Virus record (IMG/VR): IMGVR_UViG_3300020201_000023
Coordinates: 1 to 55,743 of that record
DNA: 55,743 nucleotides
Strand: one strand, 5' to 3'
DNA from: a virus
Taxonomy: Duplodnaviria > Caudoviricetes
Shown here: positions 8,146 to 17,873 of the stretch, piece by piece
Position numbering within the stretch: position 1 is the first letter of the stretch
Layout: every line of letters starts with the position of its first letter
Notes under the pieces: model-generated
The model's input: the letters and a program-made list of their open reading frames with translations, nothing else
Told to the model about the DNA's origin: nothing
Database searches by the model: none
Made by a program: the position numbers and the translations under genes

Positions 8146-10741
8146 ATGGCAACCGAGAAAGAGCTGACCGAGAAAGAGACCGCCAGCCACACAAAAAACA
8201 TTACACACAAACTTACAAACAGTCCCGGCTTCGTGCTGCGCCTGCGCGCGCAGTACCTCGACGCGGTGCGCGCGCACGACGTCGCCAACACGACCGAGAG
8301 CTTCCTCGCGATGTGCGCGGCCGGCGCGCTACTGACAAGCGACGAGCGCGACGCGGCGCATTCGGTGTGGCTGTGACCCCGCGCTGCGAAGCGAACGTCG
8401 TCTGGGAACTGGCAACGCAACTGATGTTGGCGACGTCACCGAGCAGCGCGGTCGGTGTGGCGGCGCGTGCGGCGCACCTCGCGGCGATCGAGGCGGAGCG
8501 CGCGTGCGCGTGCGCGGCGCATCCGGCCGGCGAGGCGGCGCCCGTCGATGCGCGTGACCTGCACCAGCGCCGGTACGCCGAACTGCGGGCGGCGAAGGCT
8601 GCGCGTGTCGAGGCGCACGGCGGCGCGTGCTTCGGCGTGTGTTGCCTCGGGCAATCGAAGGCGGCGCGCGCAGCACACCGGGTCGTTGACGCCGCGCAAG
8701 ACGCGGTTGACGAGGTTACACGATGACGATCACCAAGACCGACACCTCGTGCCCATACGGGCACCCGCACACTGCTGGTCCGTGCGACGCGTGCCAGGCA
8801 CGCGCACACCGGGCGGCGGCGGCGCGCGTGGAGACCCGCGCTGAGGTGGTGAGTGGGGCGTCGTGGGACGCACTCGTCGCGGAGTACGGCGGCGACGGGC
8901 GCGGCATCACTCGCGCGGAGTTGGAGGCGAGCGTCGAAGAGCGACGCTCTTCCGCCGTGGCGATGGCCGTCGCCGACCTCGCGCGCGCTCAGTCGCGTAT
9001 CGCGCAGCCGGTGTGCGGTCACTGCCGCGCGGCGTGGTCCGCCGAGTGCGAGTGCCGGCGCGTGGCGGCGCGCGTGGCGGCGACGCCGGACGTCGAGGGG
9101 TACGCGACCGGGCTCGAACGGTTCGCGGCTGCGCTGCGGATGTACGCGCCTCGCGGCGGCGCGCAGGTGATGACGGTGCAGCAGTGCGCGGAACTCGCGA
9201 CCGGGCGCAGCATGGAGGTAGAGGCATGAGCGACGAAGAGCAGCGCATCGAGCACAGCGACCGCGTGGCGGCGCTCGCGGTCGACGCGGAGGAGCGGGCG
9301 ACGGCGCTTGCGTGGGAGATGATGGACGAGCGACGCGAGCGGGTAGCGCTGCTGCTGCGCGACGAGCCGGAGCGCGCGGCGTGGGTCGAGGTGCTCGGCG
9401 ACGACGTGCGCGACCACGCAGCAGACATCGCGCGTAATGCGATTCGCGGCGACACGACGCGCGACGACGATGCGCGTGAGGCGCTCGCGGACTGGCTGCG
9501 GGAAGAGGCGGGGCGAATCGTGGATGAGTGGCTGACGAAGAGGGGAGTGTTCACATGAAGACCGCGAAGCTAATGGGCAAAAAGACGTCGATGGACGGCG
9601 CAGTGCAGCGGCGCCACTACCGCCTATCGGAGCCGATCGCACCGCGCGACTGGCCCGGAGGCGAGTCGTCAGACCATGTCATCGTGTCCGCGTCGGCCGT
9701 CTCGGGCACGCCTGAGACGTACATTTTCACTGCTGACGCGAGTGGCAATATCAAGTCTTGGGTCGAATGCGACGGGTCGTTCCGCGGCGCGCTCGACCAT
9801 GACGAAGCGCTGCGCCGCGCGGGCTACGAGGTGGCGTCGTGAGCGACCACTACGAGGAACGGCGCGCTCGACGCGAGCGCATTGCGACGGCGTGCCTGGC
9901 CGGAATACTGTCGAGCGACGACGACGGCGGCGTAGACGCGGCAGCCGATTGGGCGCTGCGATACGCCGACGCGCTGATCGCCGTGCTCGACGCGCCGCCG
10001 CCGATGCGTCACCTGCCGACCGGCGGTGCCGAATGAACACCGAAGCGCGGCTAAGAACTCGAATCGATGCGCTGCGCTCAGCTCTGCTGCGTGTGGAACT
10101 GGCGCCGCGTGTGCCCGCGGGCGTCGAGCATATCGCGTTCGCTGCGATCGCCGACGACGACGCTGCGATCGTTCGCGACGCCCTCGCCGAGCGTCACCTC
10201 TCGAACGGCGGTGCCGAATGAGCGCGACGCCGGAACAAGAGGCGGAAGAGTGTGTGCTTGTCGAGGCCGCGGTGCACGCATCGCACGCCGCAAGGCGGTC
10301 GCTGGGTGCTTTGCGCGACGCGTTGTTCTCGACGCTTCCCGATCGATTGGAGCGATTGGAGCGCGCGGGTCTCGATTACGCCCGGCTCTCGGACAAATCG
10401 GACGAGGCGCAGGAGGCGTGGCTCGTCGTTCGACGGCGCAACGACGCGCTGCGCACGGTGTCGCGATGACCGCCGAGACGATCGCGCCGGTGATGGTGCT
10501 CGGCGTCGTGTGCGCGCACCGGTCCGACGCGTACGGGACGCGTACGTGGGCGGGCGAATCGGCGGCTGGGCTGACGATGCATCTGACGCGCGATCTCGAC
10601 TACTGCTGGCTGACAGTGTTCCTCGGCGCTCACGTGCTCTCGCAGGGGCGCGGCGCGACCGTCGACGAAGCGGAGGCGGCGTGCGAGCGGCGGGCGATGG
10701 AGCGGCAAGCGCTGCTCGCGCACGTGCGGAGGGTGACGTGA
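8146..10741 (+). CDS. Run of nine coupled small early hypothetical genes (8146-8376, 8373-8726, 8723-9229, 9226-9558, 9555-9842, 9839-10036, 10033-10221, 10218-10469, 10466-10741)
   Basis: Perfect chain of 4-bp start/stop overlaps; no recognisable domains. Confidence 0.65.
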
Positions 10742-11217
10742 TGCGTCCGCTCTACCAGATCGCGCCGGAGTACGCGGCGCTCGCGGAAGCGCTCGACGAC
10801 GGCGAGGACTGCGCGGCGCAACTCGCGGCGGTCACTGGCGATCTCACGCACAAAGTGAACGGCCTTGTCCATGTGCTCGCGGCGCTTGGCGCGGAAGTCG
10901 ACGTCATCCGCGCGGAGGAGCAGCGTCTCGCCGAGCGGCGGCGCGTGCGCGAGTCGCGCGTCGAGTCGTTGCGCGAGTACCTGCGCACGAACATGGACGC
11001 GTCGAACATAGCGAAGATTGCGACGGGCACGCATACGATTACGGTTGCCGATGGCGCGGCGCGCGTCATCATCGAGGACGAGGGGGCGGTGCCGGCGGAG
11101 TACACGCGGACGCGCGTCGAGATCGACAAGCGCGCTATTTTGGCGGCAATGAAGAGTGACGGGGAGTGCGTGCCGGGGACGCGGGTAGAGCGCAGCCGAG
11201 CGCTGCGGATCAAGTGA
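10741..11217 (+). CDS. Siphovirus Gp157-family protein
   Basis: LYQIAPEY...IRAEEQRLAERRR...LREYL...VIIEDEGAVPAEY...IDKRAI...VPGTRVERSRALRIK, next to a recombinase. Confidence 0.85.
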   Translation: MRPLYQIAPEYAALAEALDDGEDCAAQLAAVTGDLTHKVNGLVHVLAALGAEVDVIRAEEQRLAERRRVRESRVESLREYLRTNMDASNIAKIATGTHTITVADGAARVIIEDEGAVPAEYTRTRVEIDKRAILAAMKSDGECVPGTRVERSRALRIK

Positions 11218-11236
11218 TAGCAAAGGGAGATCAGAC

Positions 11237-12118
11237 ATGACGAATGAACTGGCGACGAGAGCGGCTGGATTGGACATGGCGGACACGCTGCCGGACGTGG
11301 AGCGATTGGCGGCTACGCTCATCCGGGCGGGCGGCGGATTCATCCCGGCGCACTTCAAGACCCCGGGGCAGATCGCGGCGGTGATTCTCGCCGGCCGTGA
11401 ACTCGGCGTTCCACCGATGGTGTCGCTCCGGGTGTTCTTCCTGGTCGACGGAAAACTGGGGATGGATGCCGCGTTTGTTCTCGGGCGCATGATTGTCGCC
11501 GGCATCGTGTGCGAGTGGATGCACTCCGACGACACGCGAGCGACGCTGCGTGTAACCCGCGCGGGCACGGCGCCGTACCTGTCGACGTTCACGCGGGAGG
11601 ACGCGCAACGGGCGGGGCTCTGGGGGCGTGGGCCGTGGAGCAAGTACCCGCAGGCGATGTTGCGCGCTCGTGCGGCGACGGCAGCGGCACGCGCCTACGC
11701 GCCTGACGTTTTCAGCGGCGCCGTCTACACCGCGGAGGAGTTGCGCGGCGGCGACGAAGAGCACGCACCGCAGGCGGCTCCGCAGCGCATCGAGAGCGTG
11801 GCGGCGGCGGTCGTCGCGTCGTCGGGCGCTGACGTGCCGGCGCTGCCGAGCGCTACCGAGCGGCTGCTCGAGGCCATCGCGGTTGCCGGCAGCGAAGTCG
11901 AACTCCAGCAGATCAAGGAGCTCGGCGTCAACCCCGCGTGGAAGACCATGACGAGCGACGAACGCGACGACGTCAAGGTGTGGTTCAACAAGGCGCGCGT
12001 TCGCATCGCCGCGATCAATCGCGCGGCCGTCGAGGCGATGGAGCGCGACGCGGCGGACGACGGCGGCGGTTATCTGGCAGGCGACGCAGACAGCGGCGCA
12101 GAGGAGGTAGCGCGATGA
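11237..12118 (+). CDS. RecT-like ssDNA annealing recombinase
   Basis: ILAGRELGVPPM, FTREDAQRAGLW, PWSKYPQAMLRARA, YTAEEL; lies between gp157 and ssb. Confidence 0.8.
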   Translation: MTNELATRAAGLDMADTLPDVERLAATLIRAGGGFIPAHFKTPGQIAAVILAGRELGVPPMVSLRVFFLVDGKLGMDAAFVLGRMIVAGIVCEWMHSDDTRATLRVTRAGTAPYLSTFTREDAQRAGLWGRGPWSKYPQAMLRARAATAAARAYAPDVFSGAVYTAEELRGGDEEHAPQAAPQRIESVAAAVVASSGADVPALPSATERLLEAIAVAGSEVELQQIKELGVNPAWKTMTSDERDDVKVWFNKARVRIAAINRAAVEAMERDAADDGGGYLAGDADSGAEEVAR

Positions 12119-12582
12119 GCGACATGAGCAATTGGAGTGGCACCGGCAGGCTCGGCAAAGACCCCGAAGTGCGCAAACTGCCGAACGGCGACGACGTGTG
12201 CAACTTCAGGATCGCCGTCAACGGCTTCAAGAAGGACGACCCGGCGACGTGGATCGGAGTGTCGCTCTTCGGCAAGAACTGCGCGGTCGCGCGGTATCTG
12301 CACAGGGGCAGTCGCATCGCCGTAACCGGGCGACTGAGCGTGCGGGAGTACGAACGGCGCGACGGCACGAAGGGCACCGACGTCGAGGTGCGCGCGAACG
12401 ACGTGACGCTACTCGACGCCAAGGGCAGCGGCGGCGGCGACACTGGCACGCATCGGCAGCGCGGCGAGGATGCGGGGTTCGCCGACGACTTCCCGCCCGA
12501 CGACTTCTTCGGCAACCGCGGCGGGAGTGGCGGCGCTGGCGCGGACGACGAAATTCCCTTTGCTCCGTGGGATCTGCCGTGA
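12115..12582 (+). CDS. ssb: Single-stranded DNA-binding protein
   Basis: GRLGKDPEVR, NFRIAVN, GSRIAVTGRL, acidic DDEIPF tail. Confidence 0.95.
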   Translation: MSDMSNWSGTGRLGKDPEVRKLPNGDDVCNFRIAVNGFKKDDPATWIGVSLFGKNCAVARYLHRGSRIAVTGRLSVREYERRDGTKGTDVEVRANDVTLLDAKGSGGGDTGTHRQRGEDAGFADDFPPDDFFGNRGGSGGAGADDEIPFAPWDLP

Positions 12583-12688
12583 CCTGACCTCTCGCGCGTC
12601 ACCGACCATAACCCCCCCCTTGGGTGACGCGCAGTCGGCCTTGCTCCCTCGGCCGCAGGTGACGTGTGTCGCCAGAGGGAGCGCTTTT

Positions 12689-12765
12689 GCCCTGAATCGA
12701 ACCGGATGAGAGCCGGCCGGACGCGGTCGGTACGGTAGTGGGTTCGACTCCCACAAGGGGCGCCA
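12689..12765 (+). ncRNA. Degenerate tRNA-like element
   Basis: Perfect T arm gtggGTTCGActcccac, 3' GCCA and a partial acceptor stem. The anticodon arm is non-canonical (8-bp stem, 4-nt loop). Confidence 0.4.
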
Positions 12766-12789
12766 CGGACACCGAAAGAGGAGAACGCG

Positions 12790-13008
12790 ATGGCAAGCAC
12801 GACCGATTACGCGGCAGCGCTGGCGAGGTTGGAGGCGTGGGTGGCGGAGTCCGGCGACCGGAGCGCGACGCTGCGTCAATCCGGCGGCGTGTGCGAATGC
12901 TCGCTCGAGCGCGAGGGATGGCGAACGATATACTGGAGCGCCGTCACGCTCACCGAGGCTATTACGCGCGCGCTCGACGCGATGGCGCAAGAGGTGGCGA
13001 ATGTCTGA
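12790..13008 (+). CDS. Hypothetical protein
   Basis: Strong RBS GAGGAG. Confidence 0.65.
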   Translation: MASTTDYAAALARLEAWVAESGDRSATLRQSGGVCECSLEREGWRTIYWSAVTLTEAITRALDAMAQEVANV

Positions 13009-13978
13009 CGAATCGGAGCCGGTGTGCGCGGGGCTGACGTGCATCCGCCACGAGTTTGCGCTGCGGCAGCGCGTGGACGCGCTCACGGCGAAACTCGCGG
13101 AGGCTGGCGACGTCATCAACAGCGCGCGCGCGGCCTACGAGGACGACCTGCGGAAGCGCGACGAACTCGCCGGAGACCGCGCGCGCCGCATGGACGCGGA
13201 ACTCGAGTCGGCGTATGCCGCTCGCGACGACGCGCGCAGCGACCGCGGCGTGTGGAAGGGGCGCGCGCTCGTGGCGGAGGTGGCCGGAGGCTTCGTCGAC
13301 GCGCGGCGAGTACGCGAGGCGGAGGCGGAGTGTGATGGCTGGCGACTGCGCTGCGAGAGGGCGGAATCGTTGCGCGGCTCGCTCGCTGCGGAACTGGAGG
13401 CGATGCGGGCCGAGCGCGACGAGGCGCGAGCGCCCGGTGTGTCTTTTGAGCGCGAGGGGGACGGGCGCTGGATCGCTGGCGTGGACGCGCTGCCTGGTGT
13501 GCTCGTGTACGGTGCGACGCGTGCGGAAGCGCTCGCGTCGGTCCAAGCGCTTGCGCGCAGCGTCATCGCGGAGCGCGACGAATGGCGAAAGCGCGCTCTC
13601 GCTGCCGAGGCGACTGCGCCGTCAACGGAAGCAACGGCAGCGGCGACAATCTCCGACTCGGTGAGCGCGCGCATCGCAGGATGCCTCAACTCGATGACGC
13701 GGGAGCGCGATGCGTGGAAGGAGCGCGCCGAGGCAGCAGAGGCCGCGATCACGTGGACGAAGCTCGAGCGCGACGATTCCGCCGACCGCGAGCGGCTGGC
13801 CATCGCCGAGTGGCATCGGGTGCGCGACGAGCGCGACGCGCTGGTGCCTCGGGTGCGCGACGGGTGGGACGCGGAGCACACCGCGCTGCGCCGCGAGCTC
13901 GAGCACGTACGCAAGGACCGCGACGCACTGCGAACGCGTTTGACCGCGACGTTCAAGGCGCTGACGGGTGAGCCGTGA
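13001..13978 (+). CDS. Coiled-coil protein with embedded HicB-like domain
   Basis: Heptad-rich. VSFEREGDGRWIAGVDALPGVLVYGATRAEALASVQALA matches the HicB N-terminal pattern. Confidence 0.65.
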   Translation: MSDESEPVCAGLTCIRHEFALRQRVDALTAKLAEAGDVINSARAAYEDDLRKRDELAGDRARRMDAELESAYAARDDARSDRGVWKGRALVAEVAGGFVDARRVREAEAECDGWRLRCERAESLRGSLAAELEAMRAERDEARAPGVSFEREGDGRWIAGVDALPGVLVYGATRAEALASVQALARSVIAERDEWRKRALAAEATAPSTEATAAATISDSVSARIAGCLNSMTRERDAWKERAEAAEAAITWTKLERDDSADRERLAIAEWHRVRDERDALVPRVRDGWDAEHTALRRELEHVRKDRDALRTRLTATFKALTGEP

Positions 13979-14591
13979 TCTGCCCCTGCTATTCGCGTGA
14001 GCGACGGTGTGACGACTGCCAGCGCCATGAGGACGAGCGCGCTGCGGATGAGGCAAAGACCGACCTTGCCGCCGAGGCAGCTTTGTTTGAGGCATCGGCC
14101 GTCATCTTCGACGACCCCCACGACGATTCACCGCAGGATGAGGCTGACCTGCAACGCGAAGAGCGCGCTGCGGATGCGGCAAAGACCGCTGCAGTCGCGT
14201 GCGCTCGCGATAACCCGCGCCTGCCCCGACGCGAGCGCCGACGACTCGACCGGGCGCAGAGGAGATCGTCGTGAAGACAGGCAACCGAGTCTGCGTCGAC
14301 TGCGGCGCCTCGTCAGGACACATGATCAGGTGCGAGCCGTGCTGGGAGAAGGCGCAGGCGCACGCCGTCGTCATCGTCGCTGTCGGCGCATCTGTCACCG
14401 TCTCACGGCGTGAGCGCATCGCGATTGCGGTCCTCGCTCCGGTCGACGCAGACGCGCTCTTCGTGTGCGGTGCGCTCTGCGATCACGGCTCGGAGTGCCT
14501 TCTGCTGCGCGGACACATCCCGCAAGACAGACACGAGACGCAGCATGGATGCGTTTTCTTCGATCCGGCACTGACGGGCGGTGAGTCGTGA
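13975..14591 (+). CDS. Two small Cys-rich hypothetical genes (13975-14274, 14271-14591)
   Basis: Coupled ORFs. The first carries an internal ERAADxAKT duplication. Confidence 0.55.
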
Positions 14592-15202
14592 AAGAGCGCC
14601 CCATTCTGTTTTCCGCGCCGATGGTCCGCGCGATCCTCAGCGACGTGAAGACTCAGACGCGGCGCGTGGTCTCCGCGCGTCACGAAAGCCTGTACGAGTG
14701 CGACGGCAGCGCGCTCTATCGCGACGTGCGCCACGGCGACCCCGTGCCCGTGTCGTGCCCATACGGATCGCCCGGCGACGTGCTGTGGGTGCGGGAGACT
14801 TGGGGCCTATTCGACCGCGAGGCGATCGGCGGAGAGAAGGGCTACGGCGTAGCGTGGCGCGCGACGCACCCGAGCCTCGACGACGGCGCCGAGTGGATCG
14901 ACGGCCCTGTCGACTACCCGGCGACGATCAAGGCGTCCGAGAAGTGGCGCCCGTCGATTCACATGCCGCGGTGGGTCTGCCGTCTGCGACTGCGCGTTAC
15001 GTCGGTGCGCGCCGAGCGGCTGCACGACATCTCGGAGGCGGATGCTCGCGCGGAGGGCGTGGGGCCGCTGGGCGTCGACGAGGACGACTACACGCACGCC
15101 GCGAAGTTCCGCGCGCTGTGGGACTCGATCAACGGCAAGCGCTTCCCGTGGTCGAGCGGACCGCGCGTGTGGGCAATTTCTTTTGAAAGGATTGTGCCGT
15201 GA
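14588..15202 (+). CDS. Conserved phage protein (ASCH/PUA-like)
   Basis: MKERPILFSAPMVRAIL..KTQTRR, CPYG..GDVLWVRETW, WRPSIHMPR, VRAERLHDISEADARAEG. Confidence 0.8.
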   Translation: MKERPILFSAPMVRAILSDVKTQTRRVVSARHESLYECDGSALYRDVRHGDPVPVSCPYGSPGDVLWVRETWGLFDREAIGGEKGYGVAWRATHPSLDDGAEWIDGPVDYPATIKASEKWRPSIHMPRWVCRLRLRVTSVRAERLHDISEADARAEGVGPLGVDEDDYTHAAKFRALWDSINGKRFPWSSGPRVWAISFERIVP

Positions 15203-15768
15203 TGCCGTGGCCAAAAGGAAAGAAACTCTCGCCAGAACAGATCGCAAAGCGAGTCGCCAGCGCGATGGCGTCTGGCAGGAAAAGGCGCAAGCCCGTGGCG
15301 CCAGGGCTTTGGGCTTGTACTGGATGCGGCGGGCATCTCACGCCTGACAGATTCTACCCAACAGAAACCAACACCAGCAAACTGACCTCTCGTTGTCGCG
15401 CCTGCCACGGAAGGCAATCAATCGCCACCCGCGACCCCGACAAGACCAGGAAGAACGGGAGAGAGTCTTCACGCCGCGCTCGGCTGGAGCGGCCGGAAGA
15501 AATCAGACGACGTGAGCGCGCGCGCAGCCTGGCTCGTCCGCGAGGTATTGAAACCGAAGCGCGGCGCCTCCTGAATGTTGCCGTCAAGTCTGGGAAAATG
15601 GCTCGTCCATGCCAGTGCTCTAAGTGCCTTTCGCCGGGCAAGATTCAAGGGCACCATGAGGATTATAGCAGGCCTTTCGACGTAGTATGGTTGTGCGTTC
15701 AATGTCACGCAGATAGGCACCGTGAGATTCGAGCGATTCCGTTCAAGCGGATCGGCGGTGAGGCGTGA
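15199..15768 (+). CDS. HNH-type (homing-endonuclease-like) protein with NUMOD3-like N-terminus
   Basis: KGKKLSPEQIAKR, CxxC motifs, GHHEDYSRPFDVVWLCVQCHADRH. GC is visibly lower than in the flanks. Confidence 0.7.
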   Translation: MMPWPKGKKLSPEQIAKRVASAMASGRKRRKPVAPGLWACTGCGGHLTPDRFYPTETNTSKLTSRCRACHGRQSIATRDPDKTRKNGRESSRRARLERPEEIRRRERARSLARPRGIETEARRLLNVAVKSGKMARPCQCSKCLSPGKIQGHHEDYSRPFDVVWLCVQCHADRHREIRAIPFKRIGGEA

Positions 15769-16405
15769 CCCGCCTGGACCGCGCGCGCATCGCGCTGGCG
15801 TACGAGTACCTGCGTTACCGGTCGCGCTTCGACGGCGACCGCACATGGAGGGCAGTCAGCCACTCCGAAGCCTGGGGAAGTGTCGACAAGTCCGCGGGCG
15901 CGCTGCCGTACCTGCTGCGCAAGATGGTCGCCGCGGAACTCTACGTCGGCGACGCGCGCATCCTCCGCGCACGTCTCGCGCTGTACCTGCGCGCGCTGAT
16001 TCGGGCGTACGCGACTGACGAATGGGGAGACGCTGACCTCGGTCCGCGGCGCCCTGCCGTAGACGTGACCGGCGTCTGCGCGGACTGCGGATGGCGTACC
16101 GGCGACCCGGAGCCGGACCCGCCGTGCAAGGGCGGACCGTCCACGCGCCGCATCCGCCCGCTCTGGGAGAGCGCACCGGCGCACCGGGTGGCGACGTGAC
16201 CTGCGGCGACTGCGGCGCGGCTAGGCCCGAGAAGACGTCCGCGCGCTGCCGTGCGTGCTACCGCGCTAGCGTCGCCAACCCCGCCGCCGCCGCCGTCGCG
16301 GCCCTGCTGGCGAAGATCGACGCGAGCGCGTGCATGGGCGATTGCTGCGACGGCGACGCCGTGCGGCTGCTGGCGCATCGCGTGCGCGAGGCGGTGGCGA
16401 CGTGA
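15765..16405 (+). CDS. Two hypothetical genes (15765-16199, 16196-16405)
   Basis: Coupled ORFs, both ending VAT. Confidence 0.55.
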
Positions 16406-16442
16406 GCGCCTAATCTATTTTCGCGGCGCCTGATAATAATCG

Positions 16443-16474
16443 TTGACGTGCCGATTATTCAAGCGCATATCTAT
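16443..16474 (+). promoter_or_regulatory. Putative sigma70 promoter
   Basis: TTGACG-N17-CATATC(TAT) in an AT-rich gap, followed by CGGACGGGCCG as at 8110. Confidence 0.5.
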
Positions 16475-16514
16475 TGAGTCGGACGGGCCGACCCACTGGC
16501 ACACGGAGAAGACC

Positions 16515-17057
16515 ATGACCAATACCAAGAAGATCCTTTCGACGAACGCCAAGAACGCAGCGCGGCGCGCGGCTCGTGGCGCAGCAAAGCAAAAACGACT
16601 CTCTCAGCAGGAAGAACAGTGGAGGGAAGCGGCTCGACGCCGTGGTGAGCATTTCGTGCTCGTGGCCAATGTCGAGGCCGTGACCGTGACCGAGAAGACC
16701 GTCGCGCCCATGAAGCCGCGGGCGCGGGCAGCGCTGGTCAAAGCGCTGGTGACTGAGACGGCGCACGAACTCGCGCCGGGCGCAACGGCACGCGTGATCG
16801 CGAAGCGGATCGCGAAACAGTCCAGCGCCTTCCGCACGGCCCTCGCCGCCGCGCTGAACATCGCATTGCCCGCGAATGCGACGGCGCGCGCGAACGCCGC
16901 GACGCTGGCTCAGGCAGCGCTCGTCGCTGTCATCGGGGGGCGGAAGAACGCTGACCTCCTCGCGCTGGTGCTGGTGCAGGGCGCGACGCTGGCTCAGCTC
17001 GTCAAGCTGTCGAACGCGACGGCGACACCTATCGGATCGTCAAGCGCTGACCTCTGA
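16515..17057 (+). CDS. Basic Ala-rich hypothetical protein
   Basis: RBS GGAGAAG before MTNTKK. Confidence 0.65.
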   Translation: MTNTKKILSTNAKNAARRAARGAAKQKRLSQQEEQWREAARRRGEHFVLVANVEAVTVTEKTVAPMKPRARAALVKALVTETAHELAPGATARVIAKRIAKQSSAFRTALAAALNIALPANATARANAATLAQAALVAVIGGRKNADLLALVLVQGATLAQLVKLSNATATPIGSSSADL

Positions 17058-17107
17058 CGCAGGCAGGGCGCATCCCACCGGGTGCGCCTATGCGTGCGGC
17101 AGACGGC
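17053..17107 (+). repeat. 55-bp intergenic hairpin repeat, copy 1
   Basis: Identical to 17354-17408; folds as a long imperfect stem-loop. Confidence 0.9.
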
Positions 17108-17137
17108 CCTACGACCACCGAAGAAAGACCAGCCACC

Positions 17138-17350
17138 ATGAGCACGTACACCAAGATCGACGCATCGCAGGTGCCCGGCAGCTTCCGCTTCGACGTATCA
17201 CGCTCCGCCGCCGGGCAGATCGTCGAGGTCGCCTACGGTGGCCCCATGGCGCACCGCGGAGAGCACGACGGCACCGCGTGGAAGCGCGTCACGGACCGCG
17301 GCGAGCCTCTCGGGTCGCCGGCGCGCGTCACCTACTACCGCCGCCGCTGA
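17138..17350 (+). CDS. Small hypothetical protein between the 55-bp repeats
   Basis: ORF exactly fills the gap between the repeats. Confidence 0.7.
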   Translation: MSTYTKIDASQVPGSFRFDVSRSAAGQIVEVAYGGPMAHRGEHDGTAWKRVTDRGEPLGSPARVTYYRRR

Positions 17351-17353
17351 CCA

Positions 17354-17408
17354 TCTGACGCAGGCAGGGCGCATCCCACCGGGTGCGCCTATGCGTGCGG
17401 CAGACGGC
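17354..17408 (+). repeat. 55-bp intergenic hairpin repeat, copy 2
   Basis: Identical to 17053-17107. Confidence 0.9.
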
Positions 17409-17424
17409 ACGAGAGGAGACGACC

Positions 17425-17643
17425 ATGGAGCGACACATCTACATCGTATCGGGCGAGGGCGAGCGCGGCACCGCGACGCTGTGGACCGGCAAGACCGTGC
17501 GCGCACTACGCGCCGCCGTTACCCGCGCACGCGCAGGCGGCGACCGATGGGCGCGCATCGCCGTCCGCGACGGGGTCGACGCTGAACTCGGCGCGTACGA
17601 GTGTCTTTCGGAGGCGGAGGCGCTCGACCTCCGCGGCGCGTGA
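17425..17643 (+). CDS. Small hypothetical protein
   Basis: RBS GAGGAG. Confidence 0.65.
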   Translation: MERHIYIVSGEGERGTATLWTGKTVRALRAAVTRARAGGDRWARIAVRDGVDAELGAYECLSEAEALDLRGA

Positions 17644-17873
17644 CCGCCCCCAAGCGCGGCCGCGGCCGCCCGCAACTCGCCGAGGCGGACCGGCGCACGC
17701 GGCTGCCGGTGCTGCTCACGGCGGCGGAGCGCGCGGAGATCGACGCGGCGGCCGGCGACGCGGGAGCGTCTACGTGGCTGCGCGGCGTCGGGCTGCGGGC
17801 GGCGAGGGCGAGGACGGAGGCGCAATCGGCGCTTGACGCGCTCCTGGCCGCTGCGGTCGAGGCGGCGCGATGA
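17640..17873 (+). CDS. Putative DNA-binding protein (AT-hook-like motif plus RHH-like region)
   Basis: KRGRGRP followed by LPVLLTAAERAEIDAAA...STWLR. Confidence 0.55.
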   Translation: MTAPKRGRGRPQLAEADRRTRLPVLLTAAERAEIDAAAGDAGASTWLRGVGLRAARARTEAQSALDALLAAAVEAAR

